DNA of 63,318 bases, filler included, from Chiloscyllium plagiosum (GCF_004010195.1; 4 parts of one record of this genome joined end to end with filler, not necessarily neighbours in it), one strand, 5' to 3'. Counted from the first letter of the whole stretch, positions 13,184 through 25,465 are shown. A program made the numbers and translations. The notes: generated from the letters alone by a model not told the origin.

Positions 13184-13198
13184 TGGCAATAAGGATGG
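13184..13198 (+). promoter_or_regulatory. Gypsy primer-binding site (tRNA-Ser-like, CpG-decayed)
   Basis: TGGCAATAAGGATGG directly after the 5' LTR. It differs from TGGCGACGAGGATGG only at two CpGs. Confidence 0.65.
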
Positions 13199-13732
13199 AC
13201 TGGCTCACAAACTGTACAAGCATAATTTTTTTAGTCAGGAGGAAGAATGTTGCCCTTACTTCAAACATCATGAGATTATGAGGTAACAGTTAGGGAAGTG
13301 GTCGCGAGGGGATTTGGGCTGCAGTCAATTGTACAACGGGGAGCGGGCCAAGAGGGGACTGTGGTCACAGCTGATGGTTGAAGAGAGAGGAGCTCTCAAT
13401 CGGGAGCTTATCAAAGTGCATAAAGTATCAGATACTCAACAGAATTTGATACCAACTGTAGACTGCTGCCGATGTGGCAAAAGTGGTCACAAGGAATCAA
13501 TATATTGGCCTTGAGGAGCTCAGTGCTGCAGGTGTAAGCAAGTAGGCGAAATTGTCCAAAATTGCCAGATATAACTCAAGCAAGAGAAAGGGTGTCAAAA
13601 GGAGTCAATTCAGTGGGCAAGGCATAAGGTAGGAGTTGAGGAGAAAGTGAGGACTGCAGATGCTGGAGATCAGAGCTGAAAATGTGTTGCTGGAAAAGCG
13701 CAGCAGGTCAGGCAGCATCCAGGGAACAGGAG

Positions 13733-13768
13733 AATCGACGTTTCGGGCATAAGCCCTTCTTCAGGAAT
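13733..13768 (-). ncRNA. Minimal hammerhead motif (family B)
   Basis: Minus strand reads ATTC-CTGAAGA-A-GGGC-ttat-GCCC-GAA-ACGT-C^GATT. Confidence 0.72.
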
Positions 13769-14925
13769 GATCATTGTATAACCACTAGATCCAGTTGTGT
13801 TGTGCATCTGCCAAAGAGTTATCTTAATGTATAAAGACATGGTACTAATGTACATCCTTCTACATATTTATCAGAACAGGTTTCCTACTCTTTAGAGGGA
13901 AAATCTAGGATATTGTATTATTGCACAGATCTCAGAAAGGCAATCTACATTTAAGACAGCGAGATGAGATCATGATATGTGAGCAATCGTATAATTGGTC
14001 TCCATCTTTCTGTACATTCAGTTGGTAGTCAACATGCTAGCCAATCTGTTAGTCAGCCAGTCAACCATGTATGTTATAGTAATTAAGGCTGAAATGCAAG
14101 TCTGAGCAGCCATATCAGTATTACATAACTAGTTGAGTAAATTTCCGCATTTCTGACTGAGGGGGGAGGTGTGGGCGCAAGTCTTGCACCTCCTGCAGTT
14201 GCAGGGGAAGGTGCCGGGAGTGGAGGTTGGATTGGTGGGGGGTGTGGATCTGACGAGGGAGTCACGGAGGGAGTGGTCTTTAAGGTAGAAGTTGCCAGCC
14301 AGGCAGACAGCTGGGTCTGCAGGAGAAGCAGAAGGCCCAGAGTCAGCAGGGTTTTTTATTCATTCAAGGTATGAGGGCGTTACTGACCAGGCCGACCTTT
14401 ATTGCCTATCCCAGAGGGCAGTTAGTAGTCAACCACATCAGTGTGGGTCTGGAGTCACATGTAGGCCTGACCAGGTAAGGATGGAAGTTTCCTTCCGTAA
14501 AGGACATTAGTGAACCAGATGGGTTTTTCCAACAATTGGCATAGTCGTCATGACAGTCTTAACTTCATATTTGGTTAAAAATTCTGTCTTGTAAGGGATG
14601 AAGCTGTTCATTTCTGGGTTTTTCCCAAATTAGAGGATAAGACAGTAAGGATGGAAAAAAGTCAAAGAATTGTGGAACAGAAATTCCGAGAGAAGCTCAG
14701 CAGGTCTGGCAGCATCTGTGGAGAGAAATCAGAGTTACCGTATTGGGTCCAGTGACTCTTCTTCAGAACTGATTGCAGCTGGATAAGGTTGGTGTATATA
14801 TTCTAGAAAAGGTGGGGAGGAGTAAATGATAGGTTTAGGTGGAGCCTAGAGAGAGGAAAGAACAGTTGGGCAGACAAAGGAATGTGTAACAGTCAACCTG
14901 GGAGAATCAGTAGTTAATGGAAAGT

Positions 14926-15884
14926 CAACACACTGCATCCACCTGGACACCCCGCGCTGGCCTATTACCTGCCCTCGACCTCTTCATTTCCAAGTGCCGC
15001 TGGGACATTAACCACCTCAACCTGTCTTCCCCCTCCCCCACTCCAACCTCTCACTCTCACAATGTGCAGCCCTCCAATCCCTCTGCTCCAATCCCAACCT
15101 CACCATCAAGCCAGCAGATAAAGGGGGCGCAGTGGTAGTCTGGCGCACTGACCTCTACACCGCTGAAACCAAACGCCAACTCGAGGACACCTCTTCCTAC
15201 NNNNNNNNNNNNNNNNNNNNNNNNNNNNNNNNNNNNNNNNNNNNTTAATTAATTAANNNNNNNNNNNNNNNNNNNNNNNNNNNNNNNNNNNNNNNNNNNN
15301 CTCCTAGCAGAGCGCTTTAGGGAACATCTCCGAGACACCCGCACCAACCAACCACACCGCCCCGTGGCCCAACATTTCAACTCCCCCTCCAACTCTGCTG
15401 AGGACATGGAGGTCCTGGGCTTCCTTCACCGCCGCTCCCTCACCACCAGATGCCTGGGAGGAAGAACGCCTCATCTTCCGCCTCGGAACACTTCAACCCC
15501 AGGGCATCAATGTGGACTTCAACAGCTTCCTCATTTCCCCTTCCCCCACTTCACCCTAGTTCCAAACATCCAGCTCAACACTGTCCCCATGACTTGTCCT
15601 ACCTGTCTATCTTCTTTTCCACCTATCCACTCCACCCTCCTCCCTGACCTATCACCTTCATCCCCTCCCCCACTCACCCATTGTACTCTATGTTACTTAC
15701 TCCCCACCCCCACCCTCCTCTAGCTTATCTCTCCACGCTTCAGGCTCTCTGCCTTTATTCCTGATGAAGGGCTTTTGCCCGAAAAGTCGATTTTACTGCT
15801 CCTTGGATGCTGCCTGAACTTCTGTGCTGTTCCAGCACTAATCCAGAATCTGGTTTCCAGCATCTGCAGTCATTGTTTTTAACC
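14926..15884 (+). mobile_element. Younger Penelope-like element, spanning an assembly linker
   Basis: LTIKPADKGGAVVVW (RT N-terminal region) and LLAERFREHLRD..PVAQHFNSP (GIY-YIG C-terminal region). Terminal hammerhead at 15757-15792. 15-bp TSD TAGTTAATGG(A/G)AAGT at 14911-14925 and 15885-15899. Confidence 0.85.
15201..15300. other. Artificial scaffold linker N44-TTAATTAATTAA-N44 (also 29771-29870 and 59971-60070)
   Basis: The identical 100-nt construct occurs three times, and the 12-mer carries stops in all six frames. Confidence 0.95.
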
Positions 15885-16355
15885 TAGTTAATGGGAAGTG
15901 TTAGTGGCTGACAATGAGTTGTTTGTGGTAGCAGCCCATGTGTCTAATGTGTGGGGGTTGGGGTAAGTACATAGTGCACAAGACCTAAAATTGCTGAATT
16001 TGAACTTGAGTCCGGAAGCTGCAGAGTTCCCAAATGAAACATGGGTTGTTGTTCTTCCAGCTTGTGCTGACTTTTGCTGGAGCACGACAGCAAGCCTGAG
16101 ACAGAGATGTTGACCAGGGAAGACAATGGTGTGATGAAATGGCAGACAGAGATGGAAGATCAGGGTCATTTTTGCAGACAGAACGTATGTGTTTTGCAAA
16201 GTGGTTGCCCAGTCTGTGCTTTGTCTCTCCAGTGTAGATAAGACCACATTGTGAGCAGCAAATACAGTAGATGAGAATTGAGTGAGGTGAACGTAAATCT
16301 ATGCTTTACCTGGAAGGTGCGTCTGGGGGCTTGGTTAGTGAGAAGGGAGGAAGTA

Positions 16356-16511
16356 CAGAACAACCTCTTATCCGAATGAGACAGGCGGGGAGTGTTTTAT
16401 TTGAATAACAGATTGTTCGGATAAAGGATGGCGTTTTAACGGGACCTTGAGATCCTGTTCGGATAATCCGAAATTCGGATAATTGCTGTTTGGATAATCA
16501 AGGTTGTTCTG
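16356..16511. mobile_element. MITE (Tc1/mariner-pogo/Tigger-like non-autonomous DNA transposon)
   Basis: Perfect 11-bp TIR CAGAACAACCT..AGGTTGTTCTG flanked by TA on both sides, with internal repeated TTCGGATAA/TTATCCGAA motifs. Confidence 0.85.
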
Positions 16512-18701
16512 TAAACAGGTGGGTGTTACATCTTCTGTAATTGCATGAGAAGGTGCTGTGGAGTGTGAGGAAATGTTGGGAGTGAAGAAGGAGTGAACTA
16601 AGGTGTCCTGGAGGGAATGGTCCCGGTGAAAGGCTGACAAGGGAAGAGGGGAAATATATGTCTGATGATGACATCTAGTGGAAGATGGCAGAAATGGCAA
16701 ACTAATGATCTTTTGGATGTGGATGCTTGTGAGGTGGTAGGTGAGGACAAGGGGTACCCTATCGCTTTTATGGGATGGAAAAGAATGAGTGAGGGCCGAA
16801 GTACTGTAGATGGGTCTGAGAGCCCTGTCAACACAGTGGTGGAGAATTCATGGTTGAGAAAGAAGGTGAATATTTTGGTGGGTCCTTTGTTGAAGTTTAC
16901 ATCATTGGAAGAGATGTGACGGAGACCGAGGAACTAGGAGAATTGAATAGAATCTTTACAGGAAACAGGGTGTGAGGATGTATAGTCAAGGTAACTGTGG
17001 GAGTTGATGGGTTTGAAGTGGATATTGATAGCCAGCCTATCATCAGAGATGTCAAGAACTAGGTGATGATGAGAGCAGGGTACGTGGGCTGTGTACCCGG
17101 ACCACACAAGGCGCCCAAGAAATTGGAAGCTATCATGAAGGCTCCTAGACCAGAGAATGTATCTCAGCTGAGATTATTCTTGGGACTCATAAATTACGGC
17201 GACAAATTCATGTCTGATCTGGCCATTGTGCTAAAGCTCGAGCATCAGTTGTTGGGGGAAGGGCAGCCGTGAAAATTGACCCAGAAAGCTGAGGAGGCTT
17301 ATCAGGAGGTAAAGCAAGCCTTAAAAAAGATGGGGAGTGTTGACTCATTTCGACCCAAAGTTGCCGCTTGCAGTTGGCATGTGATACCTCACCTTTTGGG
17401 GTCATCGCTGTACTCTTACACGTCTTGCCAAATGAAGAGGAAAGGCCCATTGTGCTTGCATAAAGGTCACTAATGAAGCTGGAGGGGAAGTATACCCAAG
17501 TGGAAAAGGAAGGATTGGGCATCATGTTTGATGTTAAAGAAGTTCACCCATTTCCTGTATGGCAGGCACTTCGTGCTGTTGACAGACCACAGGCCACTAA
17601 CCATTTTTGGTCATTATACAGGAGTACCGTCACTGGTGGCAGCATACCTGCAGAGATGCGCATTAACTCAATCAGGCAGGCAAAAGTGAATACTGCAAAT
17701 GCTGGAGATTAGAGCCAAGGGTGTGGTGCTGGAAAAGCACAGCCGGTCAGGCAGCATCCAAGAAGCAGGAAAATCAACGTTTTGGGCAAAAGTCCTTCAC
17801 CAGGCTCTGTCAGCCGACTTGTAAGATAAGATACCGACAGTCAGAGAAGCACAGAAATGCAGATGCTTTGTCAAGATTACCACTACCTGTAAATGAGGAT
17901 ATTCTCAATTGGAACCTGAAAATTATATACCTTTCTCAGGAAGACAAGGTACCACTTTCAGCGAACCAGGTGCAGCATGCCAACTGGAAAGACCTGGTCT
18001 TGAAACTCATGGTGGTTTTAGTCCTGAGAGGAAGGACTTGTCATAGAAATCACCCAGATTCATGCCCTTACCTGTCCAGGAGTGCAAGTTGTCCATATCA
18101 GATGGGTGTTTAATGTGGGGAATGAGAGTTGTTAACCTTCCCCCGTTAAGAGGATAGGTGCAGAAACAAGTGCAGCAAGGGCATCCTGGCATGGTGTGAA
18201 TGCAAAAGATAGTCAGGAACTAGCTTTGGTAGGCAAAGATGGAGTATGAGATTGAGGAGAAAATAGAATCAAGCAAATCCTGCCTATTCATAAGGAACAC
18301 ACTACTGTTGATGCCCCTTCACCCAAGGGAATGGCCTCCATCATTGTGGCAGTAGATTCACATCGATTTCACAGGCCAGTAGAGGGACAGATGTTATTAA
18401 TAGTGGTGGATGCCCACTCCAGGTAGCCTGAAATGGCAGTCATGAAGTCAGTATCAGCAGAAGCAATGATAGACCAACAAGATGGAATTTCGCTAGGCTC
18501 AGGAATCCTGAACAAGTGGTGAGTGACAATGGTCTACAGTTTGTGGCACAGGAGTTCTAAGACTATCTGGAAAATCACAGAGGCAGACATGAGATTGGCT
18601 CCAATTCAACCTGTGATGAACAACCAGGCAAAGAAACTCAGATAAACCTTGAAACAGTCCTCATAGGCTTCACAGGGGAGGATTCTTTAGGACGGTAACT
18701 C

Positions 18702-19483
18702 TGTTGATGTCTGCTTTGTTCCACAAATCCGGACGACAGAAGTTTTCTGTTCAACAGCGGTAGCTTTATTATCAGACAGCCGGAGGGAGATTCAAAGCGT
18801 CACCAAAGTAGCAGAGTGCCTACTTGTAGCGGCTCTTCTTCACAAATCTCTGCCTTACACCCAGAGACAGTATATTTTATAGGAATTGAATAAAGACTTA
18901 TCAGTCACATGGATGACTGACATCACATAATTTAAAGTAGGCAATTATGATTTTACAAAACCTGATGAATGTTGATGTCCTGAAATAATGTGTGAGTAGA
19001 TTATAGAAACCGATTTTTGTATCTCCCATGATTATGAGTTAATGGAAAGGAATTAAAGCAGAAAGGTTGCCTGCTACAAATGAGGAACTCACATACCTAT
19101 GCTAATATGGAGGTGAGGTAACTGGGGGGGATTCACATATCTAAGTTAATATGGAGGGGAAGTGAATGGGGATTCACATACCTATGCTAAATGGAAGTGA
19201 GGTAACTGGGGGGATTCACATACCTAAGTTAATATGGAGGGGAAGTGAGACAATGGGAGAGGGAGGCAGCTAACTAGGTTGGGGCCAGGGCTGTTAGTCC
19301 TTGCGTGGAATGGGGGGAATCCACATGTTTGGATTGAAAGAGTACAGGCTTTCAGTTGCTGTTGCAGTAAGTTTTTTTGGTAGTGGGATTTTTAACCCTA
19401 AAGTCCCCAGTGTGCCCTGGAAGAGAAGAAAAGCATGGAACTGCACCCCCCACCCGTGACGTTTTAACTTCCTCAACTCAACA
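18702..19483 (-). mobile_element. Solo LTR inserted in the Gypsy integrase
   Basis: TGTTGA..TCAACA termini and 5-bp TSD aactc/agctc. On the minus strand, TATAAAA (18875-18881) precedes AATAAA (18765-18770). Tandem repeats at ~19087-19250 lie in the U3 position. Confidence 0.8.
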
Positions 19484-20711
19484 AGCTCTTCAGCATGTAC
19501 AGGGACACGTCACGTGACAACCCATGCTCAGCTCACTGATGACCTTAGTGTTCAACTGTCAGCTGAGAACAGTGTTTGACTTACTGCAGCCGGAAGAGAC
19601 CAGAGAGGTGGTAAACTAAAACCAAGAAGGGCATATGGTCAGAAGGGCAGGAACCTCTCAGTAGAGGGGATTCCAAATAGCCCAAAATTGTTCATCTAGA
19701 GATGAGTGGATCCCATGGTGATGGTGGTTTAAACAGGAACGTTGTGATATTTGGTTCAGACTAGGGATGATCTGGTCTGGAGGAGAAGCGCGTATCAGCC
19801 ACTGCACTTCACCAAGGAGGTAGGCCCCTCAGAATATCGAACCAGTCCAGATGGGTCCAGTGACGTCGATCAAGTCATGTGTATTTGAGCTAGGGTTGGC
19901 CATACTCAGGTAGCAAACAACAATAGCTTGAAAGGATAGCAACAGCCAGTCAAAGAGGGATGTACCTGAGATGAGGAGATTGTCTTCTAGGAATCACCAA
20001 CCCCCTGAGAGGCTGATCATGGCAGTGTAGACTATGGAAGGGTGGTTTTCTTTTTCCTTTTTTTTGTAAATATTCCTGATGATGTACATATGTTAGCTAC
20101 AGTGCCTGTATAATAGTTTATAATTGTTGAACATATACATATTAAGTGGAGTATTGGAATAAAGGGGGAAGGTTGTTATGTATGTGGTTGGATGTGTGCT
20201 TGAGAGTGCAGATCAGGTGACCTGATGGTAGAAGTTAGGGGAGGTGATCTAAAACCAATTATGGAACTGAGAGACCTACAATAAAGTATTTTCTGTTCAT
20301 GTTACCGTCCATCTACCTCGAGTTCCATTTATGGTTCTAGTTAACCACAAACATAATAAAGAGTATTATTTCAGTGGTGATATATTGGAAGATGTGAATG
20401 TACAAAGGGATCAGATGTCTTTGTACACCAGTCAATGAAAGTCAATGAGGGGGAAGCAAGCAGTTAGGAAGGCAAATAGTAAGTTGGCGTTAATTGCAAG
20501 AGGGTTTTTAAAATTCATTTATGGGACATGGGCTTTGTTGGCTGGTCAGCATTTATCACCCGTCCCTGGTTGTCCTTGAGAAGGTGGTGGTGAGCTGCCT
20601 TCTTGAGCCACAGTAGACCAAATGATGTAGGTTGGTGCACAATGTAGGGAATTCCAGGATTTTGACCCAGCGACAGGCCATATATTTCCAAGTCAGGATG
20701 GTGAATGCTTG

Positions 20712-21718
20712 AATTGAACTTATTGTAACGTGTACCGAGGCACAGCGAAAAAACTTTGTAAAAACAAGGACTGCAGATGCTGGACACCAGAGTCTGAATT
20801 AGAGTGGTGCTGGAAAAGACTCTGTTCCTGATGAAGGGCTCTTGCCCGAAACGTTGATTTTCCTGCTCCTCGGATGCTGCCTTACCTGCTGTGCTTTTCC
20901 AGCACCACTCTAATCCAGACAATGAAGAACATTTGTCTTGCGAGCAATACAGGCAGATTAAATAGCATAGATAAGTAAATAATAGGTAAACAGCGGCAAA
21001 AACCAAAACACAGGTACAGGCAAATGTTAAGAGTTTGAGAGTCCATTCGGTATGCTTACAACATTCGGGTAGAAATTGTTTCAAAACCAGCTAGTATGTG
21101 TTCAGGCTTCTGTACCTTCTCCCCAACGGTAGAGGGAGTAGAAAAGCATTGCCAGGGTGGGATGGATCTTTGAGAATGCTGGTGGCCTTTCCTTGACAGC
21201 GGGCCTGGTAGATGGATTCTGTAGATGGGAGGTTGGCCTTTATGATTGTCTGGGCCAAGTTCACCACTCTCTGTAACTGTCTCCGATCTTGAATGGTACA
21301 GTTGCCATACCAAGCAGTGATACATCCAGACAGAATGCTCTCAATAGCGTATAAAAGTTGGCAAAGGTATTCGCCGTCATGCCAAATTTCCTCAGCTGCC
21401 TGAGGAAGAAGAGACATTGTTGGGCCTTTGTAACCTGTGCGTCCACATGAAGAGTCCAAGAAAGCCTGTTGTGGATAACCACTCCCAGGAGCTTGACACT
21501 CTTCACTCATTCCACCTCTGTGCTGTTAATGTGTAGGGGGGCATGAGTGACATCCTGCTGAAAGTCAATAATGAGTTCCTTGGTTTTACCAGCATTGAGA
21601 GCTAGGTTGTTCTCAGTGCACCATTTTTCCAGGCTTCCACCTCCCGTCTGTAGTCTGTTTCGTCGCCATCTGAGATTTGACCGACTATGGTGGTATCATC
21701 AACAAGCTTGTAAATGGC
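20712..21718 (-). mobile_element. Rex1/Babar-like LINE 3' fragment
   Basis: KLLGVVIHNRLSWTLH..KAQQCLFFLRQLRKFGM and IESILSGCITAWYGN..ILKDPSHPG. Flanked by a 7-bp TSD ATGCTTG (20705-20711, 21719-21725). Confidence 0.8.
20825..20858 (+). ncRNA. Minimal hammerhead motif (family B)
   Basis: TTC-CTGATGA-A-GGGC-tctt-GCCC-GAA-ACGT-T^GAT. Confidence 0.7.
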
Positions 21719-22867
21719 ATGCTTGGAGGAGAACTTGCGAGGTAGTGGTGTTCTGTTGTATCTGCTACCCTTGTTCTTTTGGATGGAAGTGGCTATGGGT
21801 TTGGAAGGTGCTGTCTAAGGATCTTAGGTGAATTTCTGCAGTGCATCTTGTAGATACTCCATGCTGCTACTGCGCATCAGTGGTGGAAGGTGTAGATGTG
21901 GTGACAGTCATGTGGTGTCCTCGATTATGTCAGTTTTCTTGAGTGTTGTTGGAGCTGCCCTCATCCTGGCACGTGGGGAGTATTCCATCACACTCCTGAC
22001 TTGTGCCTTGCAGATGGTGCACAGCCTTTGGGAATCAGGAGATGAATCATTCACTGCAGTATTCCCAGACTCTGACCTTCTCTCGCAGTCACTTTGCTAA
22101 TATGGCAACCCCCATTGAATCTCTGGTCAATGGTAACTCCTCAGATGTTGATAGTGGGGGAATCAGTAATGGTAACACCAATGAATGTCAAGGGGTGATG
22201 GTTAGATTGGAGATGGTCAATGCAGGTATTTGTGTAGTAAAAGTGTAGCTTGCCAAGCTTGGATATTATATAGGCTTTGTTGAATTTGAATGTGGACTGT
22301 TTCAATATCTGAGGAGTTGTGAATAATAACTCAATCATCGGCGAACATCCTCACTTCTGACCTTGTGATGGAGGAGAGTTCATTGGTGAAGCAGCTGAAG
22401 ATGGTTGGGCCTAGGACACTACCCTGAACCACTCCTGCAGAGATGTCCTGGAGCTGAGATGACTGATCTCCAACAAGCACACTATCTTCCCATGTGCCAG
22501 GTATGATTCCAACCTGTGGAGAGTTTGCCACCAATACCCATCAATCCCAGTTTTGCTAAGGCTCCTTCGTGCCACACCTCTGAATTCAATACTTTTGTCC
22601 ATGTTTGCACGAAGGCTGAAACGAAGTTAGGAGCTGAGTGCCCCTGGCAGAACTGGGCTTCAGTGGGCCGGTTTTTGCAGAGCAGGTTCTGCTTGATCGC
22701 ACTATTGATGATATCTTCCATCACTTTACATCATCACTGATGTTCGAGAATAGACTGATTATGGTAATTGGCCAGATTGGATATGTCCTGTTTTTTGTTT
22801 ACAGGACGTAACTGGGCAATTTTCCACCTTGCCAGGATAGATGCCGTTATTTGTATTTGCACCGGAA

Positions 22868-24600
22868 GAGTCAAGAGTGTGGTGCTGGAAGAACACAGCA
22901 GGTCAGGCAGCATCTGAGGAGCAGGAGAATCGATGTTTCGGACAAAAGCACTTCATCAGGAATGAGGCTGTGGGCCAAAGGGGTGGAGAGATAAATGGGA
23001 GGGGGTGGGGCTGGGAGGAAGGTAGCTGAGAGTGCAATAGGTTGATGGAGGTGGGGGTAAAGATGATAGGTCGGAGGTGGGAGTGGAGCGGATAAGTTGA
23101 AAGGAAGATGGACAATTAGGACAGGTCATGAGGGCAGTGCCGAGTTGGAAGGTTGGAACTAGGATAAGGTGGGGGTGGGGGAAAATGAGGAAACTGCTGA
23201 AATCTACATTGATGCCATAGGGTTGGAGGATCCCAAGGTGGATGATGAGGCATTCTTCCTACAGGCGTCAGGTAGTTCTACGGGGTGGCGATGGAGAAGG
23301 CCGAAGACCTGCATGTCCTTGGCGGAGTGGGAAGAGGAGTTGAAGTGTTNNNNNNNNNNNNNNNNNNNNNNNNNNNNNNNNNNNNNNNNNNNNNNNNNNN
23401 NNNNNNNNNNNNNNNNNNNNNNNNNNNNNNNNNNNNNNNNNNNNNNNNNNNNNNNNNNNNNNNNNNNNNNNNNNNNNNNNNNNNNNNNNNNNNNNNNNNN
23501 NNNNNNNNNNNNNNNNNNNNNNNNNNNNNNNNNNNNNNNNNNNNNNNNNNNNNNNNNNNNNNNNNNNNNNNNNNNNNNNNNNNNNNNNNNNNNNNNNNNN
23601 NNNNNNNNNNNNNNNNNNNNNNNNNNNNNNNNNNNNNNNNNNNNNNNNNNNNNNNNNNNNNNNNNNNNNNNNNNNNNNNNNNNNNNNNNNNNNNNNNNNN
23701 NNNNNNNNNNNNNNNNNNNNNNNNNNNNNNNNNNNNNNNNNNNNNNNNNNNNNNNNNNNNNNNNNNNNNNNNNNNNNNNNNNNNNNNNNNNNNNNNNNNN
23801 NNNNNNNNNNNNNNNNNNNNNNNNNNNNNNNNNNNNNNNNNNNNNNNNNNNNNNNNNNNNNNNNNNNNNNNNNNNNNNNNNNNNNNNNNNNNNNNNNNNN
23901 NNNNNNNNNNNNNNNNNNNNNNNNNNNNNNNNNNNNNNNNNNNNNNNNNNNNNNNNNNNNNNNNNNNNNNNNNNNNNNNNNNNNNNNNNNNNNNNNNNNN
24001 NNNNNNNNNNNNNNNNNNNNNNNNNNNNNNNNNNNNNNNNNNNNNNNNNNNNNNNNNNNNNNNNNNNNNNNNNNNNNNNNNNNNNNNNNNNNNNNNNNNN
24101 NNNNNNNNNNNNNNNNNNNNNNNNNNNNNNNNNNNNNNNNNNNNNNNNNNNNNNNNNNNNNNNNNNNNNNNNNNNNNNNNNNNNNNNNNNNNNNNNNNNN
24201 NNNNNNNNNNNNNNNNNNNNNNNNNNNNNNNNNNNNNNNNNNNNNNNNNNNNNNNNNNNNNNNNNNNNNNNNNNNNNNNTTTTTTACTCAGCGAGTCGTG
24301 AGTTCATGGAATGCTCTGCCAGTAGCAGTGGTGGACTCTCCCTCATTATGGGCCTTTAAGTGGGCATTGGATAGGCATATGGAGGATAGTGGGCTAGTGT
24401 AGGTTAGGTGGGCTTGGATCGGCGCAACATCGAGGGCCAAAGGGCCTGTACTGCGCTTTATTCTTCTATGTTCTATGTCCTATGGTCCTCCTGGGAGCTG
24501 ATGCGACGGAGGCGGAGGAATTGCGAATGAGGGATTACATTTTTACAAGAGGCAGAGTGGGAGGAGGTGTAGTCCAAGTAGTTGTGGGAGTTGGATTTGT
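22868..24600 (-). mobile_element. Penelope-like element 3' part, spanning a gap, with a CR1 tail piece at ~24280-24478
   Basis: Reverse complement of the family seen at 15301-15884 and 25676-26288. Confidence 0.75.
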
Positions 24601-24613
24601 AGATGTCAGAGCA

Positions 24614-25465
24614 GTACTTACACACTTAATGGTAAGGTCCTGCTGAACAAAGAGATCTTGTAGTGCAAGTTCATAATTCCTTGAAAGTGGAATCTCAGGT
24701 AGATAGGATAGTGAAGCTTTTCTTTATTAGAGCATTGAGAATAGGAGTTGGGAGGTCATATTGCAGCTGTACGGGACATTAATTAGGCCACTTATGGAAT
24801 ATTGTGTGCAATTCTGGTCTCCCTCATATTGACAGGATATTGTGAAACTTGAAAGAGTTCGGAAAAGATTTACAAGGATGTTGCCAGGGTTGGAGGGTTT
24901 GAGCTATAAGGAAGACTGAATAGGCTGGGGCTGTTTTCCCTGGAGCGTCGGAGCTTGAGGGGTGACCTCATAGAAGTTTATAAAATCATGAGGGGCATGG
25001 ATAGGATAGATAGTCAAGGTCTCTTCCCTGGAGTGGGGGTGTCCAGAACTAGAGGGCATAAGTTTAAGGTGAGAGGGGAAAGATATAAAAGAGACTTAAG
25101 GGGCAACTTTTTTATGCAGATGGTGGTGCATGGATTGAGCTGCCTGAGGAAGTGGTGGAGGTTGGTACAATTGCAACATTTAAAAGGCATTGGATGGGTA
25201 TATGAATAGGAAGGGTTTGAAGGGATATGGGCCGGGTGCTGGCAAGTAGGCCTAGATTGTGTTGGGATAGCTGGTCGGCCTGGACGAGTTGGACCGAAGG
25301 GTCTGTTTCTGTGCTGTACATCTCTGACTCTATGAATAGAAGGGGTAGAGAGGGATATGGGCCAAGTGCTGGCAAATGGGACTACATTAGGTTAAGAGTC
25401 TGGTTGGCATGGATGAGTTGGACCGAAGGATCTGTTTCCATGCTGTACATCTCTATGACTCTGCT
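24614..25465 (+). mobile_element. CR1/HER1 3' fragment with a duplicated tail
   Basis: LRGDLIEVYKIMRGMDR..RTRGHKFKVRGERYK. The tail ending ctgtacatctct(a)tgactct occurs twice (to ~25333 and ~25462). Confidence 0.9.

Larger units (their letters stand above)
14665..17050 (-). mobile_element. Older Penelope-like element nested in the Gypsy element
   Basis: Minus-strand fragments resemble PLE C-terminal sequence (PLSAFHRDHSLQDTLVHS; FQVKHRFTFTSLN). A degenerate hammerhead lies at ~14734-14768. Confidence 0.7.
12992..20358 (+). mobile_element. Decayed Ty3/Gypsy LTR retrotransposon with nested insertions
   Basis: Paired LTRs 12992-13183 and 20174-20358 (TGTTATG..CATAAC/CATAATA, internal AATAAA). 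PBS at 13184-13198 and PPT AAAGGGGGAAGG at 20161-20172. Gag knuckle remnant CCRCGKSGH (~13462). Pol remnants APRPENVSQLRLFLGLINY and NADALSRLP. Integrase remnants IHIDFTG, VVDAHS, VSDNG (~18350-18560). Candidate TSD aagaa/aagag. Confidence 0.88.
12545..20510 (+). mobile_element. Old CR1 RT fragment split by the Gypsy insertion (pieces ~12545-12991 and ~20359-20510)
   Basis: Degenerate FDKVP, SKLADDT and KCEVIYFG-like sequence before the 5' LTR continues after the 3' LTR (gagtattatttcagtggtg..gtacaaagggatc). Confidence 0.65.
20515..22860 (-). mobile_element. L2/CR1-group LINE 3' fragment, interrupted by a Rex1-like insert
   Basis: GVVQGSVLGPTIFSCFTNEL..MFADD (22331-22534). The 3' tail at 20515-20711 continues at 21719. 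A similar uninterrupted sequence occurs at ~51985-52265. Confidence 0.75.

Noticed and set aside
15245..15256. TTAATTAATTAA palindrome inside N-runs (three copies)
   Set aside because: It is an identical 100-nt construct with six-frame stops, so an assembly linker rather than biology.
23169..24359. Long ORFs containing X runs (also near 9416-10052, 29819-30821, 37325-38241, 50703-52016)
   Set aside because: Their length comes from translating N gaps. The called parts are TE or satellite sequence.
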